64,000 nucleotides of DNA from positions 1 to 64,000 of the IMG/VR virus record IMGVR_UViG_3300020050_010385. One strand, given 5' to 3'. The notes under the pieces are model-generated. The model saw only the letters and a list, made by a program, of their open reading frames with translations, did not search any database and was not told where the DNA came from. Below, piece by piece: positions 57,744-64,000 of the stretch. Made by a program: the position numbers and the translations under genes. This stretch comes from a virus. Taxonomy: Duplodnaviria; Caudoviricetes. How positions within the stretch are numbered: the first letter of the stretch is position 1; each line of letters begins with the position of its first letter.

Positions 57744-59554
57744 AGACTAACCTCCTTAAGGTCACTCCAACGTTCTCCAATTTTAATGTCCATTTTCATT
57801 GGTACTCTTAATTCTATAGGTGGATTCTCGGCTATGGATTTTAGCATCTTACCTATCTTTAAAGCATCCTCTTTCTTACAGTCTATGATTACTGAGTCGT
57901 GTACATTACATACCACCTTTCCGTTTAGTTTTAGTTTCTTAAGAGCATAATGTGCTCTAGTCCCTACCCACTTAGTTAAGTCTCCTGCTCCACCTTGTAT
58001 GGGTGAATTAACTCCTTGTCTAAGCTTTCCTCTACCTGGTCCAGTATTATAGTTAGCTCCTGGTAGTCTTCTCTTCCTTCCAAAAAGATTAGTTACAAAG
58101 CCATTCTCTATAGTATTTTCTTTCTGGTCATCAATATATCTCTTAACTCTTTTAAATTCTCTGAACCAATCATTAATCAATTCCCTAGCTCTTTCCTCAC
58201 TACAGTCTAATTTATCCGATAATCCCAGTGGTCCAATCATATAAACTATACCGAAGTTTACCTGCTTAGCAAATTTCCTCTGCTCTTCAGTTACCTTTTC
58301 ATAAGCAATATTAAATACCTTAGCAGCAACCTCTTGATGAATGTCTCTCCCTGACTTAAAGGCTCCTATTAAAGATTTATCACCGCTATGATGGGCTAAT
58401 AGCCTAAGCTCAGCCTGAGAATAATCTCCTTGTACTAATACACCATTGGTATATGAAGAAATAAATAATCTTTTAATATCTCCATTCCTTGGAATATTCT
58501 GTAGGTTTGGTCCTTCACATGACATCCGCCCGGTTACTGTAAACATCTTATAGTTGCAATGTACTTTACCATCAGACTTCATAATATAGTTATCTGTTAA
58601 TCCAGCAACATAGGTAGAGTACATCTTAGCAGTATAGCGATACTTTAGCAGATCTAATAGTGGTTGCTTATGTACTTTATTTAATTTCATCCTACCCAAT
58701 TTTAAAAGAGTATCTTCATCACAAGAAGGTGCTCCTGGTTTATCTGGATTCTTCTTAGTGGGTGGATTCCTTTTAATAATGGGAAACTTATATTCTCCAT
58801 ATAACTTTTCACTTAGCTGCTTTGAAGAATTAAAATTCATATCACCGAAGTGGTGCAGTAGTGTCTTTTCACTTTCCTTTAATTCCTTTTCGTACTTAGT
58901 TCTTAGTTCACGTCTTACTCCATCATCTATCTTAAACCCATTCATTTCCATATAACACAGAACCTTTAGATTTTTCATCTCAAAATCCATGAGGTCAGAT
59001 AGCTCTTCTTTCTCTAGTAGCCTTTTTTGAGCTGAGAATACTTGAAAGGCTGCATCAACATCTCCCCCATTATAATCAGTCCATTGTTTTAAATTCCAGC
59101 CTTCTCCGTATTTACTCTTCTTAAATAAATCCTTTTGCTTAGTAAGGTATTTCCCAAGCTCTGGGTTATACTTTCTTGTTAAAGCATCTAAGGTATTCTG
59201 CCATTGGTTTTCATCTAATAAATGCTCAGCAACATGGGTGCAGAATATTTTAGACTTAATTGATTTAATTAGCTCATGTCTTAATAGCCACTTTAAATCA
59301 AATTTAATATCCTGGTTGATTAACATTTCACATGAATTTAAAATCTCTGAGATATTCTTAAAGTATCTTTCATGATATGGAAATACATAGCCTAAATCTG
59401 GCTTATTAGTAAAACCTACAAATTTAATAGTTTTAGAATTATCAAAGCAATCTAGTCCTTCAGTTTCAAGGTCACAAACTAAATTCTCAGATCCCTGCAG
59501 TAACTCGGTAATTCTTTTTAAATTTGTTTTATCTACCAATTTATAGTGGGCCAT
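57740..59554 (-). CDS. DNA polymerase family A
   Basis: DLETEG, KFD, TGRMS..PNLQNIPR, DYSQAELR, R..AK..NFG, VHDS. Confidence 0.95.
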   Translation of the reverse strand: MAHYKLVDKTNLKRITELLQGSENLVCDLETEGLDCFDNSKTIKFVGFTNKPDLGYVFPYHERYFKNISEILNSCEMLINQDIKFDLKWLLRHELIKSIKSKIFCTHVAEHLLDENQWQNTLDALTRKYNPELGKYLTKQKDLFKKSKYGEGWNLKQWTDYNGGDVDAAFQVFSAQKRLLEKEELSDLMDFEMKNLKVLCYMEMNGFKIDDGVRRELRTKYEKELKESEKTLLHHFGDMNFNSSKQLSEKLYGEYKFPIIKRNPPTKKNPDKPGAPSCDEDTLLKLGRMKLNKVHKQPLLDLLKYRYTAKMYSTYVAGLTDNYIMKSDGKVHCNYKMFTVTGRMSCEGPNLQNIPRNGDIKRLFISSYTNGVLVQGDYSQAELRLLAHHSGDKSLIGAFKSGRDIHQEVAAKVFNIAYEKVTEEQRKFAKQVNFGIVYMIGPLGLSDKLDCSEERARELINDWFREFKRVKRYIDDQKENTIENGFVTNLFGRKRRLPGANYNTGPGRGKLRQGVNSPIQGGAGDLTKWVGTRAHYALKKLKLNGKVVCNVHDSVIIDCKKEDALKIGKMLKSIAENPPIELRVPMKMDIKIGERWSDLKEVSL

Positions 59555-59555
59555 T

Positions 59556-59987
59556 TTAATCTACCTGCTCATATATTAGTTCTGATTCACCGCCAAGTAG
59601 GTTAAGAATAAACCGGTCTCTGGCTAGATCCTTGTATAAATTAATAAAATAGAACTCTCTTACTCCTACTGAGTATAGATGCTTAAAGCAATCTTTGCAA
59701 GGTTCGTGAGTACAAAACATAATAAGTCTTGAGTAATTATGTTCCAAGTGTAGAAGGGCATTCATCTCAGCATGAATAGTTCTAATGCAATGACCTTCGT
59801 GTATAAGACAACCAATATCTATACAATGGGCTTCTCCAGGAGGAGAGCCGTTATAGCCTGTTGCTACTATCCTATTGTTATAGACTAATACTGCTCCTAC
59901 TTGAGCCCGGGAACAGGTAGATCTCAAGGCTACTAACTTAGCTATCTTTGTGTAATACTTTATTCGATCTATTCTTTTGAAGGTCAT
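59556..59987 (-). CDS. dCMP deaminase
   Basis: RSTC.RAQVGA, GYNG, HAE.NA, PC..C. Confidence 0.9.
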   Translation of the reverse strand: MTFKRIDRIKYYTKIAKLVALRSTCSRAQVGAVLVYNNRIVATGYNGSPPGEAHCIDIGCLIHEGHCIRTIHAEMNALLHLEHNYSRLIMFCTHEPCKDCFKHLYSVGVREFYFINLYKDLARDRFILNLLGGESELIYEQVD

Positions 59988-60717
59988 TCCATTCTCCAGT
60001 CTTATAGTTAAGTAAAGGTAGCATACCATTCTTTACCTGTTTTTCTCCATAGATACCCATTAAGTAGTTTCTATAGTTTGTTAATCTTCTTATAGTAGGT
60101 AACTGATATCCACCAAAGTCTTTTTCTAAGTCTAAGCTGGTCCCTACATTTTCACCAAAGATTGTTTTGTAGCTTCTCATAGTTACCATAGAGAAAAATA
60201 TTACAGTACAATTAAAGACTACCTTTACCTTCTCTAGCTTCAATTGATTTAACATGTAAGAGATTAATCTTAGGTCAGCTAAGAATTTCTTGGGTACTTC
60301 AGCTATCTTACTGGTTACTACTACGGTTATTTGTTTATTAGCTTTAAAAATATGGAAAGAAGATAAGCACCCTCCCTTACCACTGGGCTTCATTTTAAAG
60401 TTCATACCAATAGCGAAATACCTAGTATTTTTAATCTCCTCAAACTTTTCCCTTAATTCTCTCCACTGTTCTTGGTCAATATAAGTATTAACTAACCTAG
60501 TCATTTTATTACTTACTGTCCTCTCATAGCCCACAGTATGAAATAGTGCCATACCAGTCCATGATTTTTCCCAGCTCTTTATGACCATACGATTATTTAA
60601 AGAGATAATTCTTGTTCCCAGATCACAATCTATAATCCCACTTTGGTCATTATTTAAAGCCATATCACCTAATTTTATCCATAAATGAGTTGGATTCTCT
60701 ACAGTAATATCGATCAT
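59938..60717 (-). CDS. Divergent thymidylate-synthase-fold paralog
   Basis: GGCLSSFH...VTSKIAE....FLAD lines up with TS PC..Q...RS.D....PxN/D. Confidence 0.5.
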   Translation of the reverse strand: MIDITVENPTHLWIKLGDMALNNDQSGIIDCDLGTRIISLNNRMVIKSWEKSWTGMALFHTVGYERTVSNKMTRLVNTYIDQEQWRELREKFEEIKNTRYFAIGMNFKMKPSGKGGCLSSFHIFKANKQITVVVTSKIAEVPKKFLADLRLISYMLNQLKLEKVKVVFNCTVIFFSMVTMRSYKTIFGENVGTSLDLEKDFGGYQLPTIRRLTNYRNYLMGIYGEKQVKNGMLPLLNYKTGEWNDLQKNRSNKVLHKDS

Positions 60718-61424
60718 TAAAACACCTTTTTCTTGTTCCAGTCTTTACGATAAGCATGTAAAGATCCAATAAATTGTGTAAATCTACCAGGCTCAATATC
60801 TAAATAATCTGCTAGTGCTCTTTGGAAACCCATTGTTAGGGCTATATCATAGGGGAAATGAGTATAGAAATCACATGAGCGCATGGTATAAATACAATCT
60901 AGGTACTCTACATTATCACGAACTCTTCTTAAAAATTGGTAGTACATACTGCACGGTATTCTAGCTTTACCACCAATATTAGCTAAGTCTTTGTCCTTGT
61001 CATATAAAGTAATAATAGCCTGTCTAGTATTAGGATTTTTAATTAAGTTTTCAAGGATAGGAGTAAGTTGTTCACGAATTCTTTCATTGTAGGTATAAGA
61101 AAACTTACCGTCATGTAGGAATTGTTGCCATACCTCTAATCTATTTAGATAAGCCTCTCCTGGATTAAGGTAGGTACTTGAAATACGGGCATCTACTTCT
61201 TCATCGATATAGGCTCTATTTAACCCTAGCTCTTTAATATCTTGCCAGATAAATTTTTGGCTAGTAATCATAAAAGAATAACCCTGAATTTCTTTAGTAA
61301 TGAAGTCATCATTATCTTTTACATTTTTATCCTGCATAGTTTCTGGGTGTACTAAAGTTCCCATTTCATTTAGATCTCTTTCCACTTCATTTACTGCTTG
61401 TGCTAATCCTTCATAGATACGCAT
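60717..61424 (-). CDS. Thymidylate synthase-family enzyme, Asp-type (dCMP methyl/hydroxymethylase-like)
   Basis: YTY..R, TRQA, IPCS..YQF, MRSCD...FPYD, SLHAY. Confidence 0.85.
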   Translation of the reverse strand: MRIYEGLAQAVNEVERDLNEMGTLVHPETMQDKNVKDNDDFITKEIQGYSFMITSQKFIWQDIKELGLNRAYIDEEVDARISSTYLNPGEAYLNRLEVWQQFLHDGKFSYTYNERIREQLTPILENLIKNPNTRQAIITLYDKDKDLANIGGKARIPCSMYYQFLRRVRDNVEYLDCIYTMRSCDFYTHFPYDIALTMGFQRALADYLDIEPGRFTQFIGSLHAYRKDWNKKKVF

Positions 61425-62248
61425 TTTTTATTTCCTCCTATTATTTTACGAAGTTCACGAGCTGGAATATCATCTGGATCTTTATAATTATCTAAGAAGA
61501 TATACTTAGTAGGTATATGAAAACTTAGTTGCTTAATTAATTCCCATTGCTCCTTAACAGCATCTCGATCGAGCATAATGGTGGCACTATTAGCTACTTT
61601 AGCTATCTCCTGGAGTTGAGCAGCATCTGCTCTCTTCCCTAGTAATGAAATAGCTGGCTTTACTCGACCAATTTTTATTGCATCGAATACTCCCTCTACT
61701 ACAATAGCATGGTCTACTCTTCCAGCAAAAGTAGTGAATAATACTCCTTTCTTTGAGAAACTAATTGAATTAAAGTATCTGGGTTCCTTATTAGTAAATG
61801 ATCTACCAACAAAATAAATTAATTTACTCAATCGATAAATTGGCAAAATTATTCTTTCTGAGTAGTCTCCATCACTGCAATACCCCATATTGTACTGAGC
61901 AACCTCATCTGGATTAATTCCTCTATTAATGAGGTAGTTATAGGGAAGGCCACTATTAGAATTAAGCTTGTTAAAATGTTCTGGTAATTTCATTATCTTT
62001 CTTTCTTTAATTTCCCTTGATTCTTTTGTTAAAAACTTATTAGCTCTATCTTGAAAGTTGTCTAGGGTAGGGCCTAAGTCTTCTACCTTTCCCTTAAAGG
62101 CACATTTTTGACAATAGAATAGTTTTTTACCGAGGTGGACATATAAGTGATATTTCTGGTCATCGCAATTAGTACAGCAGAATCTTACCTGCCTGGGATT
62201 ATTAGTTCTTTTAGATTCTCCTAATGATAGAAGATTAATTCTTACCAC
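61403..62248 (-). CDS. DNA primase (Zn finger + TOPRIM)
   Basis: C..C...H...C.KC, YL..RG, VEG.FD, LD.DA, KDP. Confidence 0.9.
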   Translation of the reverse strand: MVRINLLSLGESKRTNNPRQVRFCCTNCDDQKYHLYVHLGKKLFYCQKCAFKGKVEDLGPTLDNFQDRANKFLTKESREIKERKIMKLPEHFNKLNSNSGLPYNYLINRGINPDEVAQYNMGYCSDGDYSERIILPIYRLSKLIYFVGRSFTNKEPRYFNSISFSKKGVLFTTFAGRVDHAIVVEGVFDAIKIGRVKPAISLLGKRADAAQLQEIAKVANSATIMLDRDAVKEQWELIKQLSFHIPTKYIFLDNYKDPDDIPARELRKIIGGNKKCVSMKD

Positions 62249-63506
62249 TTTTATATTCTCCCATAAACATAGTCTCTGGCTCTAATGCTAAACGTATTGT
62301 TGGATGCCCAGACTTCTTTCTAGACTTAGCAATAAATAGTCTTACTAACTTTTCTTCTTCCTCTTCTGGTGTTTGACAAATACCAATAACTACATCAGCT
62401 ACCTTTACTTTACCAAAAGACTCAGCTACGTCCCTGAGGCCAACCAGGTTCCTATTTAAGCTTTCTCTATTACTTTGACTTGCCGTATAAATTGGTACTT
62501 GTAGCTTTACAGCTAATCTCCTTAGGTCAGTATATACTTCTTCTAAGCTATGGCGGGTATCTTTGTGCTTTTGCCCAGGAGCTAATAAATCACCATAGTC
62601 AACCACTATAATATCAAACTGCTCATTATTCCGACTTTGATAATTAAGGACCATTGAGTAAATATCTTGTACTCTAGGTGATTCCATTGAGTAGTCTTTA
62701 ATAACTAGGTTGCATCCTTTAGCCTTTAGTCTACTAAGTGGGTTCTTAATGGCTCCGGGATTATCTCTGAGACTCTGGAAAGTATTTTTAGTTATCCTCA
62801 TATCATATCTACGAGCTATTTTCCGATCGGATATTTCTAGAGTTAAGTGTAGTACCTTTAGTCCCTGCATTAAAGCTCCCATACCCATATTGATTAAAGC
62901 GGTAGTCTTACCTCTACCAGGAGGGCCTAGAAATACCAGTAATTCTCCTGGACTCATTCCTCCATCTAGTTCAAGATCTAGCCTTTTAATTCCAGTGGAA
63001 ATCTTCTTTTCTTTTACCTCATCTATCATCCTTTGTCCTGGATCTTCAAAATATGAATAAGTATCAGAGGCTACTCCTACGTCTAAGTTCATGGCCTTAT
63101 CAATATATTCTTTTACCGTTAGGAAATCAGGATTGCTGTGGTCCAATAAAGCTAAGGCCTCTGTTATAGCTAATTTAACTAATTGAATCTTAGCAAAATG
63201 ACTAATAGTTTCTTGAATGATTTTATTATCTGTACTATTTTGCCTTCTAATTAAACTAACTATCGATAGGCAACTTTCTCTTAAGTCTTCATCCTTAATA
63301 TTCTTATTAATTAGAAGCCTCATATTTCCTGTGCTTAGCTTATATGAATCATACTTTTGAAAGAAGCCTTCAATAATCTGGAATAATTGCTTTGTCTCTT
63401 CACTAGCAAAGAAGGCTGGCTGTAGGATAGACTTATACTTGAACCAATTTTCTTTTACTCTTATGGTACTTAGAATGCGGATTTCAGTTTGCTTGGTTGC
63501 TTCCAT
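62235..63506 (-). CDS. DnaB/gp41-like replicative helicase
   Basis: GPPGRGKT, LEI, VDY.D, TASQ.NR. Confidence 0.9.
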   Translation of the reverse strand: MEATKQTEIRILSTIRVKENWFKYKSILQPAFFASEETKQLFQIIEGFFQKYDSYKLSTGNMRLLINKNIKDEDLRESCLSIVSLIRRQNSTDNKIIQETISHFAKIQLVKLAITEALALLDHSNPDFLTVKEYIDKAMNLDVGVASDTYSYFEDPGQRMIDEVKEKKISTGIKRLDLELDGGMSPGELLVFLGPPGRGKTTALINMGMGALMQGLKVLHLTLEISDRKIARRYDMRITKNTFQSLRDNPGAIKNPLSRLKAKGCNLVIKDYSMESPRVQDIYSMVLNYQSRNNEQFDIIVVDYGDLLAPGQKHKDTRHSLEEVYTDLRRLAVKLQVPIYTASQSNRESLNRNLVGLRDVAESFGKVKVADVVIGICQTPEEEEEKLVRLFIAKSRKKSGHPTIRLALEPETMFMGEYKSGKN

Positions 63507-63753
63507 AACTAAAATGCTCCTTTTCTGCATGAATCAAATACTTTATCAGGCACCGTAACTCTTTTTGATTAAAGCTCAGCCCATTGCTGGTAAACATAAA
63601 ACCTTTTGAATTATGAGTACATTCTCTTAAGTCTAAAACTAGATTGTAGTTTCTAATTAGCACTCTAATCCTATATTTGATTATCTTCTCAGAATCATTC
63701 CTTTTTATGATTGAAGGATATTCAGTAATTTTCTCTTCTTGGAATTTGCCCAT
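63484..63753 (-). CDS. PC4-like ssDNA-binding protein
   Basis: LDLR........T..G.S pattern. Confidence 0.5.
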   Translation of the reverse strand: MGKFQEEKITEYPSIIKRNDSEKIIKYRIRVLIRNYNLVLDLRECTHNSKGFMFTSNGLSFNQKELRCLIKYLIHAEKEHFSYGSNQAN

Positions 63754-64000
63754 GGTGAGGACTACCTTTTTAAAATATTTTTTCTATAGTTGATATAAAT
63801 GGCTAGTAGTTCTTTTTTTGAGTATTTAGCCCATGAGATAACTTTATTGCTTTTGTCTATTGAGTAGTGATTTGATAGCCACTCAACTAGTTGATACTTA
63901 AATGAAGGAATCCAAAAATCTATTTTTAAATTGTACATCGGTATTTTACCTGATTAAACTATTAAGAGAATCTTTCCTTAAATAGGGATTTGAACCCTTA

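Noticed and set aside
9148-59554. Inteins or introns in the polymerases, helicases or TerL 22574-23776
   Set aside because: Lengths are normal and motifs are contiguous.
179-63060. Many short antisense or overlapping ORFs in the track (e.g. 8253-8690, 23028-23555, 56871-57365)
   Set aside because: Shadow frames of well-supported genes, without RBS or motifs.
53785-64000. Stop-codon reassignment in the TA-rich module
   Set aside because: Core genes are full-length and tightly packed under the standard code.

Overview
Entirely tailed-phage (Caudoviricetes) DNA. It appears to be a mosaic or chimera of at least three phage lineages rather than one simple genome. (i) 1-~4.9 kb, minus strand: lambdoid-type block with GroES, an O-like initiator carrying internal iterons, an acyl carrier protein, RusA, TerS, and a TerL cut off after its ATPase domain. 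(ii) ~4.9-21.7 kb, minus strand: small-gene accessory array plus replication module 1 (TOPRIM primase-AAA+ helicase, PolA, SSB, AAA ATPase, PD-(D/E)XK exonuclease, dCMP deaminase, Asp-type thymidylate-synthase homolog, Nmad1-like protein, dimeric dUTPase/dCTPase, ERCC4, HTH). (iii) 22.1-49.4 kb, plus strand: complete myovirus morphogenesis operon (TerS/TerL, DUF1073 portal, DUF2213 protease-scaffold, DUF2184 capsid, DUF3383 sheath, short tape measure, baseplate). Two glycosyltransferases and a methyltransferase lie inside the head genes, followed by two signal-peptide proteins and an atypical lysis cassette. (iv) 49.4-64 kb, minus strand: a second accessory array plus an unrelated replication module 2 (DnaB-like helicase, primase, tandem TS paralogs, dCMP deaminase, PolA, gp32-like SSB, dUTPase). 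Most notable: (a) the two accessory arrays share 25-36 nt near-identical linkers, mostly at gene boundaries, that bracket unrelated coding segments, consistent with linker-guided cassette shuffling; (b) both replication modules independently carry a dUTPase/dCTPase + Asp-type (probably cytosine-specific) TS + dCMP deaminase trio; (c) small head-region proteins share an MRRH(D/E)LL leader, and K-N motifs recur across head proteins; (d) there are several tRNA-like but non-tRNA structured elements. All family assignments are from motif recognition by eye; no searches were run.
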